This document shows, one piece after another, positions 16,462 to 25,109 of a DNA stretch of 64,000 bases. A program made the position numbers and the translations under genes. How positions within the stretch are numbered: position 1 is the stretch's first letter; each line of letters opens with the position of its first letter. Origin of the DNA: Syntrophaceae bacterium (lineage in GTDB: Bacteria > Desulfobacterota > SM23-61); assembly GCA_013388675.1 (NCBI GenBank), contig JACAEW010000169.1, positions 115 through 64,114 on the forward strand, written 5' to 3'. Under the pieces are notes generated by a model. The model was not told the DNA's origin and searched no databases. It worked only from the letters and a program-made list of their open reading frames with translations.

Positions 16462-17118
16462 ATGATTGAAGAGCTAAGAAAGAGGATAGCCGGGGAGGAA
16501 TTTGACTACCAGACCCTTTTGGACGTTCTCAAGGAGTATGAGCGCCCCCGCGACAAGATCACCGCTCTGCTGCGGCAGGGAAATATCATTCGGGTGAAGA
16601 AGGGTATCTATGTCTTCGGTGAAAGGTACGCCCGAGGGCCTTTCTCCAGAGAGGTCCTGGCTAACATGCTCTTTGGGCCATCCTATATATCCCTCGATTA
16701 TGCCCTCCACTATCATGGCCTGATCCCGGAGCGCGTCGAGGCCATGACCTCAGCCACGTGCGGCCGCGGCCGGCGTTTTTCTACCCCCGTAGGCCTATTC
16801 CTTTACCGTAAGATTCCCATGGCCGCCTATTCAATCGGCATCGATCAAGTGGAACTCGAAGGGGGCCGTACGTTCTTAATCGCGACCCCCGAAAAGGCAT
16901 TGGCCGACAAGATTCATGATGACCGGGGCACGGCTGTTCGCAGTCAAGCGGAAATGAGGGAATACCTCTTAACTCATCTGCGAATCGATCCCGGAGGATT
17001 GGAAAGGCTGAATGCCAAGATGCTCATTCTGATCGCTGCCCGATACGGGTCCCGTAAGATCCGACTGCTGGGCAGTTTGATCGGCGGGCTTACTGGGCGG
17101 GAGGTAGGCCATGAATGA
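16462..17118 (+). CDS. Type IV toxin-antitoxin system AbiEi-family antitoxin / transcriptional regulator
   Basis: 218 aa. ITALLRQGNIIRVKKGIYVF...GPSYISLDYALHYHGLIPE is the AbiEi-type winged-helix pattern. Overlaps the downstream toxin gene by 8 nt. Confidence 0.8.
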   Translation: MIEELRKRIAGEEFDYQTLLDVLKEYERPRDKITALLRQGNIIRVKKGIYVFGERYARGPFSREVLANMLFGPSYISLDYALHYHGLIPERVEAMTSATCGRGRRFSTPVGLFLYRKIPMAAYSIGIDQVELEGGRTFLIATPEKALADKIHDDRGTAVRSQAEMREYLLTHLRIDPGGLERLNAKMLILIAARYGSRKIRLLGSLIGGLTGREVGHE

Positions 17119-17977
17119 CGCGATTGCCCGTATGCTTGACCGCCACCAGTGCAGAAGCGTCGGAGACTACGTGAGAGCCCTGCGGGAGATCCTGCAGGAA
17201 ATTGCCCTGCTTGGGCTTTGGCGAGGCAAGTTTTTTGAGAAGGCCGCCTTTTATGGCGGCACAGCTCTCCGGATCCTTTATGGGATGGACCGTTTTTCCG
17301 AAGACCTCGATTTTTCCCTGCTCCAACCCATGCCCGATTTCGATCTTTCGCGTTATGTCGGAGCTCTGGAACGGGAGATCCGTTCGTTCGGTTTCGAGGT
17401 TAGCGTGGAGAGGCGAAAGAAGAAGACGGAAAGTCCGGTCCAGTCGGCATTCCTCAAGGCCGACACCCTGAAGCATTTGCTGGTCATAGAGACTGCCGAA
17501 GAAATAGCCTGGCAGATTCCTCGTGGCCAGGTCATGAAAATCAAGGTCGAAGTGGATACCGACCCACCTCCGGGATTTGACACCGAAACCAAGTTTCTGA
17601 TGCATCCCATCCCGTTCTCGGTCAGAGCCTTTGTCCTCCCCGACCTTTTTGCCGGCAAAATGCACGCCGTCCTCTGCCGGCAGTGGAAGACACGGGGCAA
17701 GGGCCGTGACTGGTACGATCTGGTCTGGTATGCCGGGTACCATCCAAAGCTTCACCTCGAGTACCTGGAAAAAAGAATGCTCCAGAGTGGACACCTAAGG
17801 GAGGGTGAACACCTGACTCAGGATAAGTTCCTGGCGCTGATATCGAAGGCGATTGAGAAGCTCAACGTAGAACAAGTTAGGAGGGAGGTAGAACCTTTTG
17901 TAAAGAATCCCGAAACGCTGGAAGTCTGGTCGAAGGAGTTCTTCCTGGATGTGGCGAGACGGATCGTACTGCAATAG
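17111..17977 (+). CDS. Nucleotidyltransferase AbiEii/AbiGii-family toxin (DUF1814)
   Basis: FYGGTALRILYGMDRFSEDLDFSL nucleotidyltransferase motif, later KMHAVLCR and RDWYDL segments. Confidence 0.85.
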   Translation: MNDAIARMLDRHQCRSVGDYVRALREILQEIALLGLWRGKFFEKAAFYGGTALRILYGMDRFSEDLDFSLLQPMPDFDLSRYVGALEREIRSFGFEVSVERRKKKTESPVQSAFLKADTLKHLLVIETAEEIAWQIPRGQVMKIKVEVDTDPPPGFDTETKFLMHPIPFSVRAFVLPDLFAGKMHAVLCRQWKTRGKGRDWYDLVWYAGYHPKLHLEYLEKRMLQSGHLREGEHLTQDKFLALISKAIEKLNVEQVRREVEPFVKNPETLEVWSKEFFLDVARRIVLQ

Positions 17978-18102
17978 CCGCGGGAGGCGCTAAAGGGTCG
18001 GCCGCTGCCCTTCTTTGATAATGGGGGAATGGTCGCCAATTTTCTTGACATTCTTTACTATCCTAATTTAAGCTAACAATAAATTTACTGGATTGGAGAA
18101 CG

Positions 18103-19128
18103 ATGATGAGCGGAAAATCCTATGCCGTAGCCGTCGCCGGGGCCACCGGAGCTGTAGGATTGGAGATGATCAAAACCCTTGAACAGCGTAAATTCCCCGT
18201 GGGGTCCGTTAAACTTTTGGCCTCGGAACGGTCCGTCGGCAAAGAACTTCGGTTCAATGGAAAGCCGGTAAAAGTGGAAAAGCTCACCAAGGATTCGTTC
18301 AAAGGGGTGCAGGTCGCCCTTTTTTCGGCCGGCGCCTCGCGCAGCCTGGAGTTTGCCCCGGCAGCCGCCGCTTCCGGGGCGGTCGTGGTGGACAACAGCA
18401 GCGCCTTTCGTATGGACCCGGAAATCCCCCTGGTGGTGCCCGAAGTCAACCCCCACGCCATCGCCCAGTACAAGAAAAGGGGGATCATCGCCAACCCCAA
18501 CTGCTCCACCATCCAGATGGTGGTGGCCCTGAAGCCCATCCATGACGCGGTGCGAATCAAAAGAATCGTGGTCTCCACCTACCAGGCGGTTTCCGGCACC
18601 GGGCTGAAGGCCATCGATGAGCTTTTGCTCCAGACCCGTGCGCTCCTCAACTCCCAGGAGATACAAAAAAAGGTGTATCCCCATCAGATCGCCTTCAACT
18701 GCCTGCCGCACATCGATGTGTTTTTGGACAACGGATACACCAAGGAAGAGATGAAGATGGTCAACGAGACCCGCAAAATCATGGAAGACCCGACGATCCG
18801 CGTGACCGCCACGACCGTCCGGGTGCCCGTTGTCCATAGCCACTCCGAATCGGTCAACATCGAAACGGAAAAAAAGATCACTCCCCAAGAAGTCCGGGAA
18901 ATTCTCTCCAAGGCGCCCGGGGTCAAGGTGGTGGATAATCCGGCCCTCAACGAATACCCGCTGGCCATCCACGCGGCTGGGCGGGACGAAACCTTCGTCG
19001 GCAGAATCCGCGAGGACGAATCGATCCCCAACGGGATCAATATGTGGGTGGTCTCAGACAACGTCCGCAAGGGAGCGGCCTTAAACGCGGTGCAGATCGC
19101 CGAGATCCTAATCGAAAAATACATTTGA
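18103..19128 (+). CDS. asd: Aspartate-semialdehyde dehydrogenase
   Basis: VAVAGATGAVG NAD(P) motif, active-site context IANPNCSTIQMVVALKPI, and C-terminal RVPVVHSHSESV. Confidence 0.9.
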   Translation: MMSGKSYAVAVAGATGAVGLEMIKTLEQRKFPVGSVKLLASERSVGKELRFNGKPVKVEKLTKDSFKGVQVALFSAGASRSLEFAPAAAASGAVVVDNSSAFRMDPEIPLVVPEVNPHAIAQYKKRGIIANPNCSTIQMVVALKPIHDAVRIKRIVVSTYQAVSGTGLKAIDELLLQTRALLNSQEIQKKVYPHQIAFNCLPHIDVFLDNGYTKEEMKMVNETRKIMEDPTIRVTATTVRVPVVHSHSESVNIETEKKITPQEVREILSKAPGVKVVDNPALNEYPLAIHAAGRDETFVGRIREDESIPNGINMWVVSDNVRKGAALNAVQIAEILIEKYI

Positions 19129-19286
19129 TCGCCGATATCTCCCCCAACTCCCCCTCACCCTACCCTCTCCCAAGGGGGGAAAGGGCAAATATTTTCAAAT
19201 ATAAAGAGAAATCCCCCCCCTTTTACAGGGGAGGGACAGGGTGGGGATGGGTCCAAGGAAATTTCTTTTCTTGATATGATGGCTTC

Positions 19287-20093
19287 ATGAAATTCCTCCA
19301 AGACATCACCCTGGGACAGTACCTTCCCGGCAATTCATTCCTCCACCAGCTGGACCCACGGACCAAATTTTTGTCCCTGATCTTATTGATGGTCGTCACT
19401 TTTACGGTGCAGGACTTCTTTTCCATGGGCCTGCTTTGGTTCCTTTTCTTCGTAGGGTTGGCCGTTTCGGGCTTGTCCTGGACTTACGTCTTCCGGGGAG
19501 TTCGATCCTTTCTCTGGCTCTTTCTGTTCACCGCTTGCCTTCATTTCTTTCTTACCCCCGGCCCCTCCCTTCCTTTTTTCCCGATCGGTTTTCTGAACCT
19601 GACTTGGACTGGATTGTCCAAGGGAGCCTTTGTTGCGGCCCAGCTTTTTCTGGCCATTCTTTTCTCCTCCCTCATGACTCTTACTACTTCTCCCCTCCAG
19701 CTCGCTTATGGGCTGGAGAAGCTCCTAATGCCTCTGAAACGGTTCCGGGTCCCGGTGGAAGATTTTTCCATGATGACCATGCTGGCGATCAAGTTCATAC
19801 CCATTCTCCTGGGAGAAGCCAACCGGATCATCAAGGCCCAGAGCGCCCGGGGCGTGGACTTCGAATCCGGCAGCTTTTTCCGCCGGGCGAGGAATCTGCT
19901 CCCCATTCTGACCCCTCTTTTCCACAGCGTATTCAAAAGGGCCGACGATCTGGCTATCGCCCTGTTAGCCCGGGGATATCTCAGCGGGGGCAAACGAACC
20001 CACCTCCACGAACCCCAAATGGCAGGAAGAGACTATTTCGTGCTGGCCTGCATAGCAGGGTTTACGGTTTTCGAGCTTAAATTTGGCGGATAG
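19287..20093 (+). CDS. ecfT: Energy-coupling factor transporter transmembrane protein EcfT (CbiQ family)
   Basis: N-terminal GNSFLHQLDPRTKF, multi-TM protein, and the conserved ARG...(R/G) coupling-helix region ILLGEANRIIKAQSARG. Confidence 0.75.
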   Translation: MKFLQDITLGQYLPGNSFLHQLDPRTKFLSLILLMVVTFTVQDFFSMGLLWFLFFVGLAVSGLSWTYVFRGVRSFLWLFLFTACLHFFLTPGPSLPFFPIGFLNLTWTGLSKGAFVAAQLFLAILFSSLMTLTTSPLQLAYGLEKLLMPLKRFRVPVEDFSMMTMLAIKFIPILLGEANRIIKAQSARGVDFESGSFFRRARNLLPILTPLFHSVFKRADDLAIALLARGYLSGGKRTHLHEPQMAGRDYFVLACIAGFTVFELKFGG

Positions 20094-20101
20094 AAAGAAT
20101 A

Positions 20102-20206
20102 GGTAATGGGTAATGGGTAATGGGTAATGGGTGATGGGTAATGGGTGATGGGTGATGGGTAATGGGTGATGGGTTATGGGTAATGGGCAATGGGTAATAG
20201 GCAATG
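20102..20206. repeat. 15-unit heptanucleotide tandem array (GGGTAAT / GGGTGAT)
   Basis: Read directly: aggtaat gggtaat x3 gggtgat gggtaat gggtgat x2 gggtaat gggtgat gggttat gggtaat gggcaat gggtaat aggcaat. Strict 7-nt period, intergenic between ecfT and cobO. Confidence 0.9.
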
Positions 20207-20430
20207 ATCGATGGGCATGGTTCAATGAAGATGGTCTCTTAAAAAGTCGAAAATTGGCCCTCCCCCTCGATGGGGGAATATTGGGGTGGGGGTGATGAAT
20301 AAAAGAGTTTCAATCCCTTTTCCATCCCCCTCCCCTTAATCCCCTCCCACCAGGGGAGGGGAGATTTCACTTTTTAGGGACTCTTCAATGATCATTGACA
20401 AATGATTGTTGCGTCTTTTCGGGGGCATGC

Positions 20431-20967
20431 ATGAGCAGTAGGAAATTCATCGGCCAAATCCAGGTTTACACCGGAAACGGCAAGGGCAAGACCACCGCCG
20501 CCCTCGGGCTGGCGTTGCGGGCGGTGGGCCACCGTTTTAGGGTGCTCATAATCCAGTTTCTTAAAGGAGGGATCGCTTACGGGGAGCTGAAGTCGGCCAA
20601 GAAGCTCTCTCCCTACCTGACGATCCTACCCATGGGGCGGGAGTGTTTCGTGGACAGAAAGAATCCTCATCCCGTTGACCGACGATGGGCGCGGAAAGGA
20701 TGGGAGCTAGCGAAGGAGGCGGTCCGGAGCGAGAAATACCGGGTAGTTATCCTTGATGAGGTAAATGTTGCGGTTCATTACGGCCTGGTGCCCCTGGGGG
20801 AACTCCTGGGCCTGATGAAGAATAAACCCGAGCCGGTCGAGCTGATTCTGACCGGCCGCTGGGCCAAACCCGAGGTCCTCCGCCAAGCCGACCTAGTCAC
20901 GGAGATGAAAGAAGTCAAGCACTATTACCGGAAAGGAATCGAGAGCCGGATTGGAATAGAAAGATAG
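20431..20967 (+). CDS. cobO: Cob(I)yrinic acid a,c-diamide adenosyltransferase
   Basis: IQVYTGNGKGKTTAALGLALRAVGHRFRVLIIQFLKG is the CobO/BtuR P-loop region. DEV motif ILDEVN. Start set to ATG 20431. Confidence 0.85.
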   Translation: MSSRKFIGQIQVYTGNGKGKTTAALGLALRAVGHRFRVLIIQFLKGGIAYGELKSAKKLSPYLTILPMGRECFVDRKNPHPVDRRWARKGWELAKEAVRSEKYRVVILDEVNVAVHYGLVPLGELLGLMKNKPEPVELILTGRWAKPEVLRQADLVTEMKEVKHYYRKGIESRIGIER

Positions 20968-21047
20968 TCGAATAATCAAAGGGTCTGATAAACCATTCAT
21001 CTATTTGACTCCTTGACTATCTGCCTATTCGACTTTTTTTATTCGCC

Positions 21048-21076
21048 TTGAGCCTTTCCCCTCCTCATGCTAAAAT
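21048..21076 (+). promoter_or_regulatory. Sigma70-like promoter for rsmD-coaD
   Basis: TTGAGC (21048-21053), 17-nt spacer, TAAAAT (21071-21076). About 40 nt upstream of the rsmD TTG start. Confidence 0.4.
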
Positions 21077-21116
21077 CACTCTCGCATGAACCGAGGCGGA
21101 GGGAGAAGCGAGTCGT

Positions 21117-21674
21117 TTGCGGGTCATCGGCGGCAAATGCAAGGGAAAGAAACTTTTTGCTTTGAAAGGCCTGAGTCTCCGCCCCACCTCCGACCGGGTG
21201 AAGGAGGCCATTTTCGATATTCTGCAGAAATATCCCTCCGGGCAAAATGTGTTGGACCTCTTTGCCGGGACCGGAGCGCTGGGCCTCGAAGCGTTGAGCC
21301 GGGGAGCGCAAAAGGCCGTCTTCATGGAGCAAAGTTCCCGGTCCTGTGCGGTTCTGAGGAGAAATATCGAGGCCTGCCGGTTCAGCGGCCAAAGCGAAGT
21401 CGTTTCCAAGGCGGTACAGGCGGGGCTGAGGGCCCTGGAAGAACGGGGGGATTCTTTCGACCTAGTCTTTCTGGACCCCCCGTACGGAAAAGGACTGGCC
21501 TACCGGACTCTTGAGATCCTCTCCCGGAGCCGTATTCTTTCGGTCAACGCCCTGATCGTTGCCGAACATTCGCCGGATGAGGACTTGAGTTCGATCTCTT
21601 TTTTGGAGCGAATCGACCGACGAAGATATGGGGGAACGGAGGTTTCCCTCTTTCGGCGCAAGGAAAAAGAATAG
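21117..21674 (+). CDS. rsmD: 16S rRNA (guanine966-N2)-methyltransferase
   Basis: RPTSDRVKEAIFDIL, SAM motif LDLFAGTGALGLEALSRGA, and FLDPPY. TTG start after GGAGGGAG. Conserved rsmD-coaD pairing. Confidence 0.85.
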   Translation: MRVIGGKCKGKKLFALKGLSLRPTSDRVKEAIFDILQKYPSGQNVLDLFAGTGALGLEALSRGAQKAVFMEQSSRSCAVLRRNIEACRFSGQSEVVSKAVQAGLRALEERGDSFDLVFLDPPYGKGLAYRTLEILSRSRILSVNALIVAEHSPDEDLSSISFLERIDRRRYGGTEVSLFRRKEKE

Positions 21675-21710
21675 AATGGGATGCGAATAAACCTAAATGA
21701 TGCCAAATTA

Positions 21711-21797
21711 CCCCCCTTTGAAAAAGGGGGGAATGGGGGGATTTTCTTGGAGAGCCGGGGTCAGAAATCCCCCCCGCCCCCCTTTAATAAAGGGGGG
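21711..21797. repeat. C-tract/G-tract hairpin repeat cluster (about 1.5 copies)
   Basis: ccccccttt-gaa-aaagggggg, then ggggggatttt, then gaaatccccccc-g-ccccccttt-aat-aaagggggg. Uses the same modules as 15223-15270. Confidence 0.6.
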
Positions 21798-21987
21798 CCA
21801 AAAGTCACTCCCGGTGAATTCCTACAACAATGTCTGGAACGCATTTTGACCCAATGAAATCGGGGCTGCGGAAGCGCTTGCAGAGAATATTTATGCACTT
21901 GTTGAGTAAATTCAGATGAAAAATCAAGAATTCGGAGACCCGGAGGTAGAATCCAGAATAGCGACGTGACGTTCGCACGGTTTTTTT

Positions 21988-22022
21988 GTTCTGGCTCCTG
22001 CCTTCTGACTTCTGACTTCTTT
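21988..22022. repeat. Heptamer tandem tract, CTTCTGA-type, about 5 units
   Basis: Read directly: gttctgg ctcctgc cttctga cttctga cttcttt. Related to the tract at 54926-54988. Confidence 0.55.
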
Positions 22023-22062
22023 GTTCATGAATCTGCGTCCCCTGAGAAAAGAGGATTAATCC

Positions 22063-22563
22063 ATGAGCGAAAAAATCGCGGTTTATCCCGGCTCGTTCGA
22101 CCCGATCACCAACGGCCACGTGAATCTGATCGAGCGGGCCCTGCAGGTGTTCGACAAACTCATCGTGGCGGTGGCCCATAACCCCAATAAGACGGCTCTC
22201 TTCTCGGTGGAAGAACGAATCGAAATGATCCGCGTCGCCCTGAAAAACGACCCCCGGGTCAGCACCGCCTCCTTTCAGGGTTTGCTGGTGGAATTCGCCG
22301 TGCAGCAGGGGGCCAATGTCATCGTCCGGGGCCTGCGGGCCCTTTCGGATTTCGAGTACGAATTCCAGATGACCCTCATGAACCGCAAGCTCAACCGCAA
22401 GGTGGACACCATGTTCCTGATGACCGGATATAAATGGTTCTACACCAGTTCCAAGATCATTAAGGAAGCGGCCTCCCTGGGCGGGTCCGTGCGGGGCCTG
22501 GTCCCGGAGATTGTTCATCAGCGTTTGAAAGACAAATTCCCTGCGTACCGGAATCTACCCTAA
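22063..22563 (+). CDS. coaD: Phosphopantetheine adenylyltransferase
   Basis: AVYPGSFDPITNGHVNLIERA (T/HxGH motif). The 166-aa length is typical. Confidence 0.9.
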   Translation: MSEKIAVYPGSFDPITNGHVNLIERALQVFDKLIVAVAHNPNKTALFSVEERIEMIRVALKNDPRVSTASFQGLLVEFAVQQGANVIVRGLRALSDFEYEFQMTLMNRKLNRKVDTMFLMTGYKWFYTSSKIIKEAASLGGSVRGLVPEIVHQRLKDKFPAYRNLP

Positions 22564-22567
22564 GGCC

Positions 22568-22595
22568 GTAGGGGCGATTCGCGAATCGCTCCTAC
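22568..22595. repeat. REP-like GC palindrome
   Basis: gtaggggcgattcgcgaatcgctcctac, 5 nt after the coaD stop. Confidence 0.7.
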
Positions 22596-22620
22596 TTTCT
22601 TTACAAGAAAGGAGTATTTT

Positions 22621-23814
22621 ATGAAACTAGCCGACCGAGTCAATCGCATCAAACCCTCCCCCACCTTCGCCGCAGCGGCCAAGGCCGCGGCCATGCGGGC
22701 CAAGGGTATCGAAGTCATCAGCTTTGCCCAGGGAGAGCCGGACTTCGACACCCCGGACAATATCAAAGAGGCCGCCTACAAAGCGATTCGGGAAGGCATC
22801 ACCAAATATACCCCGGCCTCCGGGTTTCCCGATCTCAAGGACGCCATCATCCACAAATTTAAGAGGGATAACGGCCTCACCTATGACCGGTCCCAGGTCT
22901 TCGCTTCTGCCGGAGCCAAGCTTATCATCTATAACCTGGCCCAGGCCCTTTTTCAGGCCGGGGACGAAGTCATCGTCCCGGCTCCTTATTGGGTCTCCTA
23001 TACGGACATCGTCCTTTTGATGGATGCCACTCCGGTGGTGGTGCAGACTTCCGAGGACCGGGGTTTTAAAATGACCGTGGACCAGCTCAAAGCCGCCGTT
23101 ACCCCGCGCACCAAAGCGATCCTGATCAACAGTCCCTGCAACCCCACGGGGGCAACTTACACGGCGCAGGAATTGAGGGACCTGGTTGACGTTGTGCTTC
23201 CCCAAAAAATCCTCATCATCGCCGATGACATCTATGAAAAATTCGTTTACGACGGCACGGTCTTTACGAGCATCGCCTCCCTGGGCAAGGAAGTCCAGGA
23301 TCAGACCGTGGTCGTCAACGGAGTTTCCAAAACTTATTCCATGACCGGATGGCGGATCGGTTATGCGGCCGGCCCGGCCGACCTAATGGCCGCCATGGAC
23401 AAAGTCCAGACCCAGAATGTTTCCAACCCCGTCTCTTTCTGTCAGAAGGCGGCCGTCGAGGCCCTGGCCGGACCGCAGGATTCGGTGCAGAAGATGGTCG
23501 CCGAATTCGACCGGCGCCGCAAATACATCGTGCAGCGATTGAACGCCATGCCCGGGATCAAGTGCGCCATGCCCAAGGGAGCTTTCTACGTTTTTCCGAA
23601 CATCACCGGTCTTTTCGGGAAGAAATGGGGGGACAAGGTGATCTCCAACTCGGGGGATGTGACCGATTTGATCCTGGAAGAGGCCAAGGTGGCGGTCGTA
23701 GCCGGCAGCGGGTTCGGCAACGACCACTATATCCGTTTTTCCTACGCCACCTCCATGGCCAACATCGAGAAGGGCATGGACCGGATTCAGGAAGCCCTGA
23801 AAAAGCTTCGGTAG
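22621..23814 (+). CDS. Class-I PLP-dependent aminotransferase (aspartate aminotransferase type)
   Basis: GEPDFDTP, INSPCNPTG, and SKTYSMTGWRIGY (PLP-lysine context). Confidence 0.85.
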   Translation: MKLADRVNRIKPSPTFAAAAKAAAMRAKGIEVISFAQGEPDFDTPDNIKEAAYKAIREGITKYTPASGFPDLKDAIIHKFKRDNGLTYDRSQVFASAGAKLIIYNLAQALFQAGDEVIVPAPYWVSYTDIVLLMDATPVVVQTSEDRGFKMTVDQLKAAVTPRTKAILINSPCNPTGATYTAQELRDLVDVVLPQKILIIADDIYEKFVYDGTVFTSIASLGKEVQDQTVVVNGVSKTYSMTGWRIGYAAGPADLMAAMDKVQTQNVSNPVSFCQKAAVEALAGPQDSVQKMVAEFDRRRKYIVQRLNAMPGIKCAMPKGAFYVFPNITGLFGKKWGDKVISNSGDVTDLILEEAKVAVVAGSGFGNDHYIRFSYATSMANIEKGMDRIQEALKKLR

Positions 23815-23838
23815 GAGCGATTCATGAATCGCCCCTAC
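23811..23838. repeat. REP-like GC palindrome overlapping a stop codon
   Basis: gtaggagcgattcatgaatcgcccctac. The TAG stop of the aminotransferase (23812-23814) lies inside the repeat. Confidence 0.7.
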
Positions 23839-23865
23839 AGCTTTCAGCGGTCAGCTCTCATCCAT

Positions 23866-24351
23866 CTATTCTTTCTTTTGCTGAGCGCTGATTGCTGGCC
23901 GCCTCTTTTCAAAATAATCCCGCAAAATCTGCCCATGATCAAAGGCCAGGGGGAAGGGAAGATTTTCCTCCGAAAATATCCCGATTTCCCCGGCGTCATC
24001 CCCTGCCCGGGGTATTCCCATCGCCCTTGCCGTGAAGACCGTTGAAATGTTGTGCTGGCGGGGGTCCCTCCGGGGGTCGGAATACGTATGGAATTGTTCC
24101 AGAGATTCCACCCTTAGCCCGGTCTCCTCCCGAGCCTCCCGGAGCGCCGCCTGCTCCAGAGTCTCGCCGTAGTCCACAAAGCCTCCGGGCAAAGCCCAAG
24201 CCTTCGGCTCGTTTTTCCGGAAAATCAAGACAATCCCCTTCTTTCCGTCTTCCCGCTCCACCCGGATGATGATATCGACCGTAGGGAAAGGATTCAAATA
24301 ACGGTATACTTCTGCCCCGCACTTTGGACAAAGGACCTTTTTTCTCTCCAT
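23866..24351 (-). CDS. NUDIX hydrolase
   Basis: Nudix box [29 protein letters not shown] at the N-terminus. Confidence 0.8.
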   Translation of the reverse strand: MERKKVLCPKCGAEVYRYLNPFPTVDIIIRVEREDGKKGIVLIFRKNEPKAWALPGGFVDYGETLEQAALREAREETGLRVESLEQFHTYSDPRRDPRQHNISTVFTARAMGIPRAGDDAGEIGIFSEENLPFPLAFDHGQILRDYFEKRRPAISAQQKKE

Positions 24352-24387
24352 TCAACCTCCCTTTATTATTTTTCTTAATGTGGGGGT

Positions 24388-24453
24388 TCCGCCGTTGCGG
24401 GATGGCCGCCCGCAAGATGGGCACTCCCGCCATGGCGGGAGGGTTGCCCCTAC
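24388..24453. repeat. ~70-bp composite palindromic repeat, copy 2 (inverted orientation)
   Basis: The reverse complement gtaggggcaaccctcccgccatggcgggagtgcccatcttgcgggcggcc aligns with 36761-36826. Contains the perfect palindrome ccctcccgccatggcgggaggg. Confidence 0.6.
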
Positions 24454-24559
24454 GATTTGTATGCGGCGAACCCTCACCCCCAAAAACCCAAAATTCAAAG
24501 CCAATTATTGTAAAAACCGGCCTTGAACCTAAACCGCCGGGAAAACGACTTCAAGTTCC

Positions 24560-24588
24560 TTGACATTTAACCGGTTCCCTGTTATAAA
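24560..24588 (+). promoter_or_regulatory. Sigma70 promoter for the lipoprotein-coaBC-udg operon
   Basis: TTGACA (24560-24565), 17-nt spacer, TATAAA (24583-24588). About 20 nt before the lipoprotein-gene ATG region. Confidence 0.55.
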
Positions 24589-24608
24589 TCAAGAAAAATT
24601 AAGAGGTT

Positions 24609-25085
24609 ATGCCAATGAAAAGAATCGGACCTTTTGCCCTTCTCGCCGTCCTTTTTCTCTCTGCCCAATTCACCCTCACCGGGTGCGCATCCAGCCCCGC
24701 AAAGGAAGGAGGAACCGCCCCATCGGAGACAGCCCTTAGGGCCTCCTTTTCCGGTTTCGAAGACGTGGTGATCCCCTCTGATATTTCCGTAAATAAAAAG
24801 AAATCGCAAGTATACAGCGCCGGCAAGGCTAAAGTGGGGCTTCTCACTTTCGAAGGCCGGGTCGAACCCAACTCCCTGGCGGATTTTTTCCAGAATAACC
24901 TTCCCCGCGGCGGCTGGAAATTGATGACCTCCCTGAAAGACCGGGACCACAATCTGGTTTTTTTGAAAGACGACCGGGTTTGTTTGATCACCATCAGCGA
25001 AGGCTGGTTCACCACTGTCTGTGAACTGAGGGTCGGGCTGGTTGAAAAAGCCGCGGAGCCGGCCAAAGGAACAACCACCCGCTGA
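24609..25085 (+). CDS. Putative lipoprotein, unknown function
   Basis: Signal peptide with lipobox FTLTGC. No family recognised. Confidence 0.55.
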   Translation: MPMKRIGPFALLAVLFLSAQFTLTGCASSPAKEGGTAPSETALRASFSGFEDVVIPSDISVNKKKSQVYSAGKAKVGLLTFEGRVEPNSLADFFQNNLPRGGWKLMTSLKDRDHNLVFLKDDRVCLITISEGWFTTVCELRVGLVEKAAEPAKGTTTR

Positions 25086-25109
25086 CCGTTCTTTTTAACC
25101 CGCGGAACC

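Noticed and set aside
19287-20093. Orphan ecfT without adjacent ecfA/ecfA' or an S-component, as a possible anomaly.
   Set aside because: ECF modules are frequently split across the genome, and the window alone cannot show absence. I do not consider it noteworthy without whole-genome context.
20102-20206. The repeat array as a possible CRISPR locus.
   Set aside because: The period is 7 nt with no unique spacers and no cas genes in the window. It is a microsatellite-like tandem repeat, not a CRISPR array.
19965-20225. 86-aa minus-strand ORF (…PITHHPLPITHYPLPITH…).
   Set aside because: It is simply the translation of the heptamer array. The 21-nt (3 x 7) periodicity produces a repetitive peptide. 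There is no SD and it overlaps the ecfT 3-prime end.
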